Notes: generated from the letters alone by a model not told the origin. Numbered from the stretch's first letter, positions 10,184-21,192 are shown. The stretch is 64,000 nt of DNA from an uncultured Chloroflexia bacterium (GCA_963819655.1 CAWFXA010000003.1:800001-864000), one strand, 5' to 3'. A program made the numbers and translations.

Positions 10184-11152
10184 GTGGAAGCCATCAGTGG
10201 CCTGTTGTTCCTGGCAGCTCTGGCCCTGATCATCGGCGGCGTGGTCGCCGCCGTCGCCAACCGGGTCCGGCCGGCACTGAGCCGCGACAAGGTCGTGCAG
10301 CCGGTCCTGCCGGCCGGGTCGTTGGCGCTCCTGGGGGTCGTCGCCCTGGTGGCGTCGCTTGCCCTGTCGGCCTTCATCCAGGTCCCGGCCGGGTTCGTCG
10401 GTGTCGTCCGCCAGTTCGGCGCGGTGACCGGCACCACCCTTGACCCGGGGCTCCATTTCGTGACGCCCTTCGTCAACTCTGTCGACCAGATCGACACGCG
10501 AGTGAAGGCGATCCACGTCGAGGGCTACACGGCTGCAAGCAAGGAACAGCAGGACCTCTTCCTCAACGCCACGCTCAACTACCACGTCGACCCACGATCG
10601 GCACCGAGGATCGTCCAGGAGCTGGGGCTGAACTTCGAGGAGACCATCATCCGGCCGCGCTTCCTCGACATCCCGAAGTCGGTGACGGACGACTACCCGA
10701 CGGCCATCGTCCTCAACAGCCGCGACGAGATCCGGACGAAGGCGACCGACCTCCTGCGCGCGCAGCTCGAGCCACGCGGGATCATCGTCGACGGCATCAA
10801 CTTCGAGAACTTCAGCTACTCCGAGGCCTACAACGCCGCCATCGAGGAGAAGCAGGCGGCGCAGCAGCAGGTCGAGACCGAGCGGCAGCGGCTCGCCCAG
10901 CAGGAGATCATCGCCCAACAGAAAGTGGCGGCGGCGAGGGGCGATGCCGAGTCGCAGATCGAGCGCGCACGCGGCGAGGCGGAGTCGAACCGGCTCGTCG
11001 GCGCGTCATTGACCGCGGCGATCCTGCAGAACCGCTACATCGAGAAGCTGTCGGACCAGATCCAGGTGATGCTGGTGCCGTCGGACGGCGGTGGCCTGAT
11101 CCTCGATCTCTCGAAGCTCACGCCGACGGCGAGCGCATCTCCGACGCCGTGA
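10184..11152 (+). CDS. SPFH/prohibitin family membrane protein
   Basis: N-terminal TM helices; QVPAGFVGVV...PGLHFVTPF; YNAAIEEKQAAQQ coiled coil; AGGAGG RBS. Confidence 0.9.
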   Translation: MEAISGLLFLAALALIIGGVVAAVANRVRPALSRDKVVQPVLPAGSLALLGVVALVASLALSAFIQVPAGFVGVVRQFGAVTGTTLDPGLHFVTPFVNSVDQIDTRVKAIHVEGYTAASKEQQDLFLNATLNYHVDPRSAPRIVQELGLNFEETIIRPRFLDIPKSVTDDYPTAIVLNSRDEIRTKATDLLRAQLEPRGIIVDGINFENFSYSEAYNAAIEEKQAAQQQVETERQRLAQQEIIAQQKVAAARGDAESQIERARGEAESNRLVGASLTAAILQNRYIEKLSDQIQVMLVPSDGGGLILDLSKLTPTASASPTP

Positions 11153-11514
11153 CCGAGGAGGTCGACTTCGAAGGGCTCGTCATCGACGCGCTCGATCGCC
11201 TGCCCGCGCCGTATCGCGAGCGTCTCGGGTCGGTCGCCATCGTGATCGACGATGAGCCGAGCCCAGCCCAGCTGACCTCGGTCGGTGCGGGCGGGCTGTT
11301 CGGGCTGTACCAGGGCGTGCCACGGACGATCTATGGGGCGGAGGGCGCCCAGCTGCCGAGCAAGATCACGATCTTCCGGCAGCCGCTCCTCCGCGCGTAC
11401 CGGTCGCCGGCCGCGCTCGCGGCCGCCGTCTCGCGGACCGTCTATCACGAGATCGCGCACCACTTCGGGATCAGCGACGCTCGCCTCGAGGAGCTGGCCG
11501 ACCGGACGGGCTGA
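11149..11514 (+). CDS. zincin-like metallopeptidase (minimal zincin family)
   Basis: LFGLYQG, KITIFRQPL and TVYHEIAHHFG (HExxH). Confidence 0.9.
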   Translation: MTEEVDFEGLVIDALDRLPAPYRERLGSVAIVIDDEPSPAQLTSVGAGGLFGLYQGVPRTIYGAEGAQLPSKITIFRQPLLRAYRSPAALAAAVSRTVYHEIAHHFGISDARLEELADRTG

Positions 11515-11528
11515 GCGGCCACCCGTCG

Positions 11529-12123
11529 TCAACCCAGCCGGAGCAGGCCCTCGACGACCGGCGCGATCCGCTCGACCCACAGCGCGTACTGGGCGCCGCT
11601 CGGGTGGAGGCCATCGTCCGCGACGAGCGAGCGATCCTCCGCAGCCCGCAAGGACTGGTCGAAGATGTCGACGAAGGCGATCCCACGCTCTCGGCTGAGG
11701 CGGGCCATGACCGCGTTGTCGGCGACGATGGCGTCGTGCTGGTCGTCCGGATCGCCGTAGTCGGCGCCGGCGGGCGTGGCCGTGTAGTCCGGGATGGCGA
11801 TCGCGACGATGCGGGCGGGCGGCAGCCGCGCCTCCAGCGCGTCGAGGATGTGGAGCACGTTCGACTCGTAGGTCGCGGCCGGGATGCCCTGGACGACGTC
11901 GTTGACGCCGATCAGCAGCGTCACGAACTCGGGTGCCAGGGCGTTCAGCGCGGGCAGCTGCGTCCCGGATGAGGTCGATCGTCGTGGAACCGTTGACGCC
12001 GAGGTTGGCGACAAGCTCCAAGCCGAGGTCCGGGCGGGCCCGAACGAGCTGCTCCGGGAACGCGTCAGCGCGCGGGACGGCCGTGCCGATCGTGTACGAG
12101 TCGCCGAGCGCGACGTAGCGCAT
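11529..12123 (-). CDS. SGNH/GDSL hydrolase (one frameshift near 11960, probably a sequence error)
   Basis: MRYVALGDS in one frame; LLIGVND and DGLHPS in the next frame. Confidence 0.8.
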
Positions 12124-12130
12124 CCGCTGC

Positions 12131-13178
12131 CTACGGCAACGCCGCGAAGGCCTCGGTGAGCACCGCCTCGAAGCGCCCGCGATCGACGCGGATCCCGACC
12201 TCGGCGTTGGGCGAGCGGCCGTCGCGTCGCAGGCGGTACGGGAGCCCGTCGCACACGGTCCGGCCGCGCGCGGGACCGGTCGTGGTGTCCACGACCACGT
12301 GATACGGCGCCACGTCGATGAGATCGGCGATGACCAGGTGCGCGACCGCGACCGCGTCGTGGATGGCGGTCGTCGTGCGCCCCGACCATTCCATGTTGCG
12401 TTCGAGCGCGTAGTCCGTGAGCTCCGCGGCGATGCGGCCAGAGGTCGTGCCAAGCGCCCGGAGCGCGTCTGCCGAGGACCGGTCGAGCAACGCCTGGTGG
12501 GTGACGTCGAGGCCCATCATCGTGATCGGGATCCCGGACCGGAACACGATGTCGGCCGCTTCGGGATCGGCATAGATGTTGAACTCCGCCGAGACGGTGC
12601 TGTTCCCCTCCCCGATCGAGCCACCCATGATCGACAGGTGGGCGATGCGCGACGCGAGCTCCGGGTACAGCCGCAGGAGGAGCGCGATGTTCGTCAGCGG
12701 GCCGATCGGAGCGATCGACGACCGGCTCGGGATGCTCACGCAGCACGCGCGCGATGAGCTCGATGGCTCCCTCCGGTCGGGCTGTGGCGGTCGCCGGCGG
12801 AAGCTGCGTGGTCCCGATGCCGCCTTCGCCGTGCACCTCGGTCGCGCGAACGACGCTGCCGACGATCGGTCCCGCAGCGCCTTCGGCGACCGGCACGTCA
12901 TCGCGGCCGTAGGCATGGAGCAGGCGGAGCGCGTTCTCGGTGCAGTGCCGCACGTCGGCATTGCCGCCGACCGTGGTGACCGCCAGGACGTCCAACTCGG
13001 GGCGGGCCAGCGCGAGGCCGATGGCCAGCGCGTCGTCCAGCCCAGGGTCGCTGTCGATGATGAGCGGGAGCGGCCGCTCGACCGTCCCGACCGGTGCGGT
13101 GCGCGGTACCGCCTCCGTACCGAAGAAGGTCGGGACCGCGTGGACCGGTCCCGACCCGTCCGGATAGCCGGCGCTCAC
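12131..13178 (-). CDS. inosine-uridine preferring nucleoside hydrolase (frameshift near 12720)
   Basis: IIDSDPGLDD and VHGEGG in one frame; IGPLTNIA, AEFNIYADPEAA and IHDAVA in the next. Confidence 0.88.
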
Positions 13179-13182
13179 CCCG

Positions 13183-14517
13183 TCAGCCTTGTTCGTACGG
13201 TTGGCCGGCCGCCGCGGGCCCGCGCACGCGTCCGACCACGCCTGCCACGATGACGATCGTCACGACGTACGGGACGCTGTTCAGCAGCTGCGGCGGCACA
13301 TCGACACCGAGGATCGAGAGCAATGCTTGCACCGCGCCGGCAAACCCGAACACCAGGGCCGCGAAGAACGCGCCAACGGGATGCCAGGCGCCGAAGATCA
13401 TCGCCGCAAGGGCGATGAAGCCCTTCCCCGCCGACATCTCGATCTGGAAGCTGCCGGCGGTGGCCAGCGATAGATACGAGCCAGCAAGTCCGGCGATCAG
13501 CCCCGCAAAGAAGAGGGCGCGGTAGCGGATGGCGATGACGTTGATGCCGACCGTGCCGGCCGCCTGGGGCTTCTCGCCGGATGCCCGGAGCCGGAGGCCC
13601 CAACGCGTCCGGAACAGCAGGTATGTCAACACGACGACCAGGATGTAGCCGACATACACGTAGGGCCTCGCGTTGAACAGGATCGGCCCGATCACGGGGA
13701 TGTCGGCCAGGATGGGCAACCGCATCGGCTCGATCGTCGGCGGGGTATTGAACTGGGGGTTCCGACTCAGGATGCGCAGGAACACGAAGTTGGTGATGCC
13801 GATCGCGCCGATGTTGATGACGGTCCCGGCGATGATCTGGTCGACCTTGTAGCGGATCCCCAGCCAGGCCAGGAGGAGGCCGAGCAGGCCTGCGACGAGC
13901 ATCGCCGCCAGGATGCCGACGAATGCACCCACGGGTCCGTTGCCCGTCGCCAGGAAGGCGACGCTCGCTGCGATCGACGCGACGCATGCCCCGACGAGCA
14001 TCTTGCCTTCGAGCGCGATGTTGAGCATGCCGCTGCGCTCGGACAGGATGCCGGCCAGGGCCCCCATCGCGATCGGCGTCGAGAGCTCGAGGCTCCCGGC
14101 GAACACGCCCGTGAGGTTCGCAGGCTTTCCGGCGAGCAGCGTCGCGACGAGCGCCGCGATCCATGGGACCAACAGGACGATGAGCCACGGACGCCAGCGG
14201 AACCCGGCGCCGCGCCAGAGCTGCAACCCGCCGACGAGCGTGGAGGCGGCGCCCGCGACGAGCCAGAGCACCCCGACGGTCGTCTCGAGCGTGGCAAGCT
14301 CGCCACCCTGCTTATCGATCCAGAACAGGAAGGTGGCCGTGACGTCGAACGAGCCCGTGGCCAGATAGAACGCCACGATGGCCACGCCGAGGAAGCCGAT
14401 CCCGCGGTTCCGAGCGTCGCGCTGGGCTCGCCGTGCCGCGAGGCCCTCCCCCGCTAAGGCGCTTGCGGGAAGGTCGCCGGCCAGGCGCTGGTCGCCCGTG
14501 CCCGTGGCGCCAGTCAT
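13183..14517 (-). CDS. nucleoside/sugar ABC transporter permease
   Basis: SERSGMLNIALEG, GLRLRASGEKP, GFIALAAMIFG; multiple TM helices. Confidence 0.92.
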   Translation of the reverse strand: MTGATGTGDQRLAGDLPASALAGEGLAARRAQRDARNRGIGFLGVAIVAFYLATGSFDVTATFLFWIDKQGGELATLETTVGVLWLVAGAASTLVGGLQLWRGAGFRWRPWLIVLLVPWIAALVATLLAGKPANLTGVFAGSLELSTPIAMGALAGILSERSGMLNIALEGKMLVGACVASIAASVAFLATGNGPVGAFVGILAAMLVAGLLGLLLAWLGIRYKVDQIIAGTVINIGAIGITNFVFLRILSRNPQFNTPPTIEPMRLPILADIPVIGPILFNARPYVYVGYILVVVLTYLLFRTRWGLRLRASGEKPQAAGTVGINVIAIRYRALFFAGLIAGLAGSYLSLATAGSFQIEMSAGKGFIALAAMIFGAWHPVGAFFAALVFGFAGAVQALLSILGVDVPPQLLNSVPYVVTIVIVAGVVGRVRGPAAAGQPYEQG

Positions 14518-15725
14518 ACGGTCCCCGTGGGCTGCGGGGTCGCGGCCACCTCGGGCGCGGGCTCGCTGACGCGCACTCGCCAGATCGACCGGATCAGGCC
14601 GGGGGCTGCGACGAACATGATGACGAGGGCCATGATGAACGACAGGAGGTCAAACGGGATCCCGGACTGGATACCCATGAGTTTGCCGCCCGTCGTCAGC
14701 GCTCCGAACAGGAGTGCCGCGAGGATCACGCCGCTCGGCCGGAGGCTGGCGAGGAGTGCGAGGGCGATGGCGGTGAACCCGATGCCGCCCGACAGGTCGA
14801 GTGACAGCTGACCGACGGTGCCGACGACCATGAAGCTTCCGGCCATCCCGGCGAGGCCGCCCGACAGGACCATCGCCAGGATCATCGAGCCGCCGGCGCT
14901 CATGCCGGCATATCGAGCGGCGGTCAGGTTGAATCCCGCTGCACGGAGCTCGAAGCCCAGCGTCGTGCGGAAGAGGAGCCAGGATACGGCCACGCCCATG
15001 AGCAGCGCGACCACGAATCCGAAATCAAGACGGATCCCGGCCAGGGGGATGATCGTCGGCACGTCCGCGATCGGCGTCAGGTTCTTCGACACCGGTGCGG
15101 TGCTTCCCGGGGCGCGAAGCCACGCCGATCGCAGGGCGAAGAAGACGATCTGCGCCGCGATGTAGTTCAGCATGATCGTCGTGATGACCTCGTGCGCTCC
15201 CGTCCGCGCCTTGAGGAATCCGGGGATGAATCCCCACGCTCCACCCGACAGCGTGCCTATCGCGATCGCCGCGATGAGGATCCCAAACGCCGGCACCTGG
15301 CCGGCAAGGGCGATCGTCGCGATCGTCGCGCCGAGGGCTCCGATCATCAGCTGGCCGTCGACGCCGATGTTGAACATGCCGGCCCGGAACGAGATCGCGA
15401 CGGCGAGGCCCGTGAAGATCAACGGTGTCGCCGCGACGAGGGTCTCGGTGATCGGGCGGATCGCTGTCGCGACGTCGCGCGGATTGCCGCTCCCGATGGC
15501 GGTCAGGACCCTTGTCGGGTCGCCGAACGCACCCGCGAGCATCGCCCCATAGCCCCTGCCGACACCGCCGATGGCGCCGATGATCGCGCCGACCGGGTCG
15601 GTCGGGAGCAGGGCCAGGTTCACGAGATCGGTCAGGATGATCACGATCGCGCCGACCAGGAACGCGGTGACCAATGCGAGCGCGGGGACCAGCGCCTTGC
15701 GAAGGAGCACCCTGAGGCGGGTCAT
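14514..15725 (-). CDS. nucleoside/sugar ABC transporter permease
   Basis: FRAGMFNIGVDGQ, HEVITTIMLNY, GFELRAAGFN. Confidence 0.92.
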   Translation of the reverse strand: MTRLRVLLRKALVPALALVTAFLVGAIVIILTDLVNLALLPTDPVGAIIGAIGGVGRGYGAMLAGAFGDPTRVLTAIGSGNPRDVATAIRPITETLVAATPLIFTGLAVAISFRAGMFNIGVDGQLMIGALGATIATIALAGQVPAFGILIAAIAIGTLSGGAWGFIPGFLKARTGAHEVITTIMLNYIAAQIVFFALRSAWLRAPGSTAPVSKNLTPIADVPTIIPLAGIRLDFGFVVALLMGVAVSWLLFRTTLGFELRAAGFNLTAARYAGMSAGGSMILAMVLSGGLAGMAGSFMVVGTVGQLSLDLSGGIGFTAIALALLASLRPSGVILAALLFGALTTGGKLMGIQSGIPFDLLSFIMALVIMFVAAPGLIRSIWRVRVSEPAPEVAATPQPTGTV

Positions 15726-17248
15726 GCGGCGACCCCTCCGCCGAACGACGCACCGCCCATCAGGAGGCCGAGGTTCTCGTACGTCGCATCGTCTTCGGAC
15801 AGGATCCCGACGATTCGTCCGTCGAACATCACGGCGATCCGGTCGCCGACAGCCAGGACTTCATCCAGCTCGGTGCTCACGATGAGGATCGCTGCGCCGG
15901 CGTCGCGCTGCTCGACGAGGCGCCGGTGGATGTACTCGATCGAGCCGACGTCAAGACCGCGGGTCGGTTGCGCGGCGATCACGAGTTGCACCGGCACCGA
16001 GAACTCGCGCGCCACGACAACCTTCTGCTGGTTGCCGCCTGACAGTGAGCCGGCGAGCGTCTCGATCGACGGTGTCCGGATGTCGAATTCCTTGACGCCC
16101 TTGGCGGCCCCCTCGTTGACCGCCTTGCGATCCAACACGCCCCGCTTGCTGTATGGCTCGCGGTGGTACGTGTCGAGGATGTAGTTCTCGGCGATCGTCA
16201 TGTAGTTGATGAGGCCGTCCCTCCCGCGGTCCTCCGGGATGTGCGCGACACCGAGGTCGGAGACCTCGCGCGGGCTCGATTGCTCGATATGGCGCGTGCC
16301 GATCGTCATCGAACCGGAGTCGATCGTCCGCAGGCCTACGATCGCTTCGACGAGCTCCGTCTGGCCGTTGCCCTGGACGCCCGCGATGACGACGATCTCG
16401 CCCGCTCGCACGTCGAGGTCCACACCGTCGACCGCCATGTCCAACCGGTCGTCTCGCACTTGGAGGTCACGCAGGCTCAGGACGACCTCGCCCGGCTTGG
16501 CGGGTCCCTTGGCGACGATCAGTTCGACATCGCGCCCGACCATCAGGTTCGCCAGCTCCTGGCGAGTCGTCGCCTTCGGGTCGGCGGTTCCGGCGACGCG
16601 GCCGCGCCGGAGGACCACGATCTGGTCGGCGACTTCGAGCACCTCGTTGAGTTTGTGGGTGATGAAGATGACCGTCGTGCCGGTCGCAGTCAGCGACCGG
16701 ATGATGGTGAACAGCTCCTCGGTCTCGAGGGGCGTGAGGACCGCGCTCGGCTCGTCGAGGACGAGGATGTCGCTCTTGCGGTAGAGCGCCTTGAGGATCT
16801 CGACGCGTTGGCGGACGCCCACCGGCAGGCTCTCGATCTTCGCGTCGGGGTTCACGTTGAGGCTGTACTGCGCCGAGAGCTCGACGATCCGCTTCCGCGC
16901 CGCTGCACGATCGAACGTCCCGAGCGGACCGGTGACGGTCTCGGCACCCAGTGCGACGGCCTCGACGACGTCGAAGACCGGGACCAGCATGAAGTGCTGA
17001 TGGACCATCCCGACGCCGGCGCCGATCGCTGCGGCGGGATCGCCGAAGACCTGCTCCTTGCCATCGATGAAGATCTGGCCCGAGTCCGGCTTGTAGAGCC
17101 CGGACAGGATGTTCATGAGCGTCGTCTTGCCCGCGCCGTTCTCGCCCAGCAGACCGAGCACCTTGCCCCGGTCGGCCGAGATCGAGATCTTGTCGTTCGC
17201 CAGGACACCCGGGAAGCGCTTCGTGATGTCGCGCAGTTCGAGCTGCAT
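15722..17248 (-). CDS. nucleoside/sugar ABC transporter ATP-binding protein (two NBDs)
   Basis: GENGAGKT, LVLDEP, LSGGNQQK, PTRGLDVG. Confidence 0.95.
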   Translation of the reverse strand: MQLELRDITKRFPGVLANDKISISADRGKVLGLLGENGAGKTTLMNILSGLYKPDSGQIFIDGKEQVFGDPAAAIGAGVGMVHQHFMLVPVFDVVEAVALGAETVTGPLGTFDRAAARKRIVELSAQYSLNVNPDAKIESLPVGVRQRVEILKALYRKSDILVLDEPSAVLTPLETEELFTIIRSLTATGTTVIFITHKLNEVLEVADQIVVLRRGRVAGTADPKATTRQELANLMVGRDVELIVAKGPAKPGEVVLSLRDLQVRDDRLDMAVDGVDLDVRAGEIVVIAGVQGNGQTELVEAIVGLRTIDSGSMTIGTRHIEQSSPREVSDLGVAHIPEDRGRDGLINYMTIAENYILDTYHREPYSKRGVLDRKAVNEGAAKGVKEFDIRTPSIETLAGSLSGGNQQKVVVAREFSVPVQLVIAAQPTRGLDVGSIEYIHRRLVEQRDAGAAILIVSTELDEVLAVGDRIAVMFDGRIVGILSEDDATYENLGLLMGGASFGGGVAA

Positions 17249-17271
17249 CGTTGGCCTCGACTGGTATGCAG

Positions 17272-17305
17272 ACCGCCCCCGGTCCGCGTTCGGGCCGGGG
17301 GCGGT
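17272..17305 (-). terminator. intercistronic stem-loop after the binding-protein gene (mRNA stabiliser or partial terminator)
   Basis: ACCGCCCCCGGTCCG-cgtt-CGGGCCGGGGGCGGT, 15-bp arms with one non-Watson-Crick position. Confidence 0.6.
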
Positions 17306-17334
17306 GCTGGTTTACGGTCGAATCGTCGACTGCG

Positions 17335-18573
17335 CTAGCAGCCGCGCCCGAGGAAGCTGCAGACCGTGACGCTGCCGTCGCCGATGGCGGCCCGCAACGT
17401 CTCGATCTCTGCCTTGAGCTCGGCCGAGAGCTGGCTGTCGAAGTCGTGGTATGGCGCCAGGAGCACGCCGTTGTTGGCGATCGTGCCCGAATAGTCCTCG
17501 CCGCCGAGGTCGCCACCAGCGTTCTTCGTGATCACGTCCATGACGGAGACATCGATGGCTTTCTGGGCAGATGTGAGGATGGCCTTGTGGTATTCGGTGT
17601 CGCCGAGGCTGATCCACTGGTCAGCATCGACGCCGATGGCCCACTTGCCGGCCGCGTGCATGGCCTTGATGGTCCCGTTGCCCGTCGACCCGGCGACTGG
17701 ATGGACGACGTCGACGCCCTGGTCCAGGAAGGTCGTGGCGAACTGCTCACCCTTCCCCGGATCGTTCCAGGTGTCGTTTCCGCCGCTGCCGCCGACGAAG
17801 GTGCCCGTGGTCGTGGGATCAGGCAGGGAGCCGTCCCATCCGATGACCGAGACGGTCGTGCCCTTCTGCTGGTTGTAGTACTGCACCCCGGCGTACAGGC
17901 CGTCCATGAACCGGGTCACGCCCGGGAAGGCCAGGCCGCCGTAGGTGCCGATCTTGCCGGTCTTGCTCCAGCCCGCGGCCAGGTAGCCGGCGAGCATGGA
18001 CGCTTGGTCGATCTGGTAGTCGAGGCCGGTGAAGTTGGCCGGGCGCGGGGTGTCGTCAGGGGTGCCCATCACGAAGTCGGGGCCCGCCTCGTTCCAGGCC
18101 GTGTCGACCTGGGAGAACCCGATCTCCGGGTTCGCGGCCGCGGCGTCGGCCGTCGCCTGCGACTGCAGGAAGCCGACGGTGACGATCGACTGGCAACCCT
18201 GGTCGACCAGTCGTGTGATGTTGGCCGCGTAGTCGGTCGAGCCTTGTGCCTCGCTGAAGAACGTCTTGTAGCCGGCCGCTGCCGCGTCGTCGAGGCCCTT
18301 CTTCGCGAGGTCGTTGAAGTTCTTGTCACCGAGGCCGCCGGTGTCGAAGGCGACGCACGCGGTCCAGTCGATGGCGGCCGCGCTCGGGACGACGGACGGC
18401 GCCTCGCTCGGCGCCTCGCTTCCGCCAGCCGACGGCGCCACGCTGGGAGCGGTCGTCGCCGTGCCCGTGCTCGAGCATGCGGAGATGATGAAGGCCGCAG
18501 TCGCGAAGAGCGACAGCAGCCGCATAGAGCTGCGCAAGGTGAACTCCTCCTCATGTGGCCGCGACACGATCAC
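17335..18573 (-). CDS. BMP-family ABC substrate-binding lipoprotein (nucleoside); true start may be slightly downstream
   Basis: Lipobox ISAC; GGLGDKNFN; LAGYLAA; IGVDADQ; TSAQK. Confidence 0.9.
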   Translation of the reverse strand: MIVSRPHEEEFTLRSSMRLLSLFATAAFIISACSSTGTATTAPSVAPSAGGSEAPSEAPSVVPSAAAIDWTACVAFDTGGLGDKNFNDLAKKGLDDAAAAGYKTFFSEAQGSTDYAANITRLVDQGCQSIVTVGFLQSQATADAAAANPEIGFSQVDTAWNEAGPDFVMGTPDDTPRPANFTGLDYQIDQASMLAGYLAAGWSKTGKIGTYGGLAFPGVTRFMDGLYAGVQYYNQQKGTTVSVIGWDGSLPDPTTTGTFVGGSGGNDTWNDPGKGEQFATTFLDQGVDVVHPVAGSTGNGTIKAMHAAGKWAIGVDADQWISLGDTEYHKAILTSAQKAIDVSVMDVITKNAGGDLGGEDYSGTIANNGVLLAPYHDFDSQLSAELKAEIETLRAAIGDGSVTVCSFLGRGC

Positions 18574-18657
18574 GGATCGCGACCTTCGGTGAGCGAGGAT
18601 ACGCTATCGACGGGGCGGCGTCGATTGATTTGGCGTCGACCGATTTCGGGAGGGACG

Positions 18658-19164
18658 ATGACTCCGGAGGACCGCAGGCGGACCATCGCGTACCTCGATC
18701 TCCACGAGCGTCGCGGACCCGTCGACACGCTCGACGATGAGGGCGTCCGCGAGCTCCTCACGGAGGCCCGGCGGATCGCCGTGATCGGCGCCTCCGACGA
18801 CCCGGGGCGGCCCTCGTACGACGTGTTCCAGCACATGCTCGCGAGCGGGTTCGACGCCGTACCGGTGAACCCGAACCACCGCTCGGTGGCGGGTGTGCCG
18901 GCCTATGCGACGCTTTCCGAAGCCGTGGAGGCGACCGGGCCGTTCGACATCATCGATGTCTTCCGCAGACCCGAGTTCTGCCCCGAGCACGCGCGCGAGG
19001 CCGTCGCCGCCGGGGCGCGCTGTCTGTGGCTCCAGCTCGGGATCGTCGACTGGGATGCTGCCCGGATCGCGCACGACGGCGGCCTCACTGTCGTCATGGA
19101 TCGATGCCTGTCGGTGGAGTGGCGTCGCCTCGGCCGGGCCCGCACCAGCACGGAGGGGGCATGA
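18658..19164 (+). CDS. CoA-binding protein (YccU-like)
   Basis: IAVIGASDDPGRPSY, VPVNP, DVFRRPE, WLQLG, VMDRC; GGAGG RBS before ATG 18658. Confidence 0.88.
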   Translation: MTPEDRRRTIAYLDLHERRGPVDTLDDEGVRELLTEARRIAVIGASDDPGRPSYDVFQHMLASGFDAVPVNPNHRSVAGVPAYATLSEAVEATGPFDIIDVFRRPEFCPEHAREAVAAGARCLWLQLGIVDWDAARIAHDGGLTVVMDRCLSVEWRRLGRARTSTEGA

Positions 19165-19940
19165 CCCAGATCCATCTCCACGCCGAACCCGGCGACTACG
19201 CGCCGGTCGTGCTGCTGCCAGGCGACCCGAACCGCGCGACGCGCATGGCCGAGCGGTTCGATGGCGGCGTGGCCGCGTCCCGCCTGGTGAACGCCAACCG
19301 CGGACTGCTCGGCTACACCGGGACCGTTGAGGGCGTGCCCGTATCGGTACAGACGACGATGATGGGCGCCCCGACGACCTCCATCGTGATGGAGGAGCTG
19401 ATCAACCTCGGCGTCACGACCTACATCCGGGTGGGGACGTGCGGAGGGTTCGGAGGGCTCGACGTCGGCGACGTCGTGGTGGCGCTCGCCGCCGCATCAG
19501 CGAGCGGCATCGGACCGGTCCTCGGCGCCGGCGAGGCGACGGCGCCCACCGCCGACTTCGAGGTCGTCGCGGCGCTGCTGGCGGCGAGCCGGGCGCAGGG
19601 ACTCACGACGCACGTCGGACCGATCGTGACGACCGATGTGTTCTACGACCCACATCCCGGCGGCGCCATCCGCTGGGGACGGCGCGGCTACCTCGCGGCC
19701 GAGATGGAGACGGCAGCGGTGTACCTGCTCGCGATGCGTGAGCGCGCCAGGGGCCGGGATGTCCGTGCCGGGACCATCCTCACTGTGTCGGACGTCATCC
19801 GCGATCCGGGCGACGTCGACGGGACCCGCAAGCTCGGCGCCGACGATTGGTTCCGCCCGCCGGAGGAGGAGGTCGTGCGCAGGGTCGATCTCACCATCGG
19901 CGCGGCGCTCGCTGCCGCGGCGGCACTCGGGCGGGCCTAA
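19161..19940 (+). CDS. deoD: purine nucleoside phosphorylase (DeoD/UDP family)
   Basis: LLPGDPNRA, RGLLGYTG, IRVGTCG, AEMETA, TVSD. Confidence 0.8.
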   Translation: MTQIHLHAEPGDYAPVVLLPGDPNRATRMAERFDGGVAASRLVNANRGLLGYTGTVEGVPVSVQTTMMGAPTTSIVMEELINLGVTTYIRVGTCGGFGGLDVGDVVVALAAASASGIGPVLGAGEATAPTADFEVVAALLAASRAQGLTTHVGPIVTTDVFYDPHPGGAIRWGRRGYLAAEMETAAVYLLAMRERARGRDVRAGTILTVSDVIRDPGDVDGTRKLGADDWFRPPEEEVVRRVDLTIGAALAAAAALGRA

Positions 19941-19967
19941 GCGCGGGGTCATGCGCCGCGGGGCCAC

Positions 19968-21125
19968 CTACGCCACGAACGACAGCCCCAGTTCGAAGTC
20001 CTCGAGCAGGTCCTCCACGTCCTCGCAGCCGATCGACAATCGGATGATCCCGCCGTCCTTGGGTCGCGGGTAGACCAGCGTGTGGAGGTCGCCCAGGCTC
20101 ACGCCGATGTCACACAGGCGCAGATGGTCGGTGAAGGCGGCCATCGCCTCGAGGCCGCCGACCGGCTTGAACGTGACCATCGCGCCGCCCAGGTCGCCGA
20201 GCAGCCGGCCCGCGACGGCGTGGTCCGGGTGGGAGGCGAGGCCCGGATAGCGCACCCAGTCGACCTTGGCGTGGCCCTCGAGGAAGGCGGCGATCCGGGC
20301 GGCATTGGCAGAGGCCGCCCGCGACCGCAACGGCAGCGTCCGGACGCCACGCTGGACCAGGAAGCTCGAGAACGGGCTGGCGGCCTGGCCGAGCGTATCG
20401 GTCTGCTTGCGGATCGGGTCCGTCAGGGCCTTGCGACCCGCCACGACCCCTGACACGGCATCTCCGTGACCGGACAGGTATTTCGTGGCAGCGTGCAGCA
20501 CCAGGTCGGCGCCATGCTCGAGGGGCCGCAGCAGGACCGGGCCGAGGAACGTGTTGTCGGCGATGAACAGCAGCTCGTGGCGGTGTGCGATGGCCGCCAG
20601 CGCATCAAGGTCGGGGATTCGCAGCCGCGGGTTCGTCGAGGTCTCCACGAACAGCGCGCGGGTGCTCGCCGTGATCGCCGCCTCGACCGCAGGCGCGTCG
20701 GTCGGGTCCACCCGGGTGACATCGATGCCGCGCCGTGGGAAGTCCTCGTCCAGGAGCACGTTGGTGATCGCGAAGAGCTCGTCCCCGGCGACGAGGTGGT
20801 CGCCTGACGTGAGATGCGCGAGCAGGGTCGCGGCGACGGCGGCCATCCCCGACGACGAGACGACCGCGTCCTCGGCCCCCTCGAGCGAGGCAAGCTTCTC
20901 CTCGAGCGCACGATTTGTCGGGTTGCCGGTTCGCGAGTAGAAGTACGCGCCGGGCTCCCAGGCGAGCGAGCGGTCGACCGCCTCCTCCTTCTCGGCCGCC
21001 GAGTCGAAAGTGAACGTGGCCGTGGCATAGATCGGCGTGCGGTGAGCGTGGGTCGCCGGGTCGGGCCGCTCCCCGGCGTGGATCGCCCGCGTCGCGAGGC
21101 CGCGTCCCTCCGTGCGTTCGCGCAT
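19968..21125 (-). CDS. PLP-dependent trans-sulfuration enzyme (methionine gamma-lyase / cystathionine gamma-synthase family)
   Basis: YSRTGNPT, SSGMAA, DNTF, ATKYLSGHGD, GVSLG, IRLSIG. Confidence 0.92.
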   Translation of the reverse strand: MRERTEGRGLATRAIHAGERPDPATHAHRTPIYATATFTFDSAAEKEEAVDRSLAWEPGAYFYSRTGNPTNRALEEKLASLEGAEDAVVSSSGMAAVAATLLAHLTSGDHLVAGDELFAITNVLLDEDFPRRGIDVTRVDPTDAPAVEAAITASTRALFVETSTNPRLRIPDLDALAAIAHRHELLFIADNTFLGPVLLRPLEHGADLVLHAATKYLSGHGDAVSGVVAGRKALTDPIRKQTDTLGQAASPFSSFLVQRGVRTLPLRSRAASANAARIAAFLEGHAKVDWVRYPGLASHPDHAVAGRLLGDLGGAMVTFKPVGGLEAMAAFTDHLRLCDIGVSLGDLHTLVYPRPKDGGIIRLSIGCEDVEDLLEDFELGLSFVA

Positions 21126-21192
21126 ATGGTCCCTCTCCTGCCGGCGCACGCTGCCCGTGTGGCGCAAGTCTATGGGCGGCTAAGCTGCCCCG

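Noticed and set aside
11529-13178. 549-aa nucleoside hydrolase-SGNH fusion in the ORF track
   Set aside because: Artefact of two separate frameshifts returning to one frame; each gene has its own start and stop.
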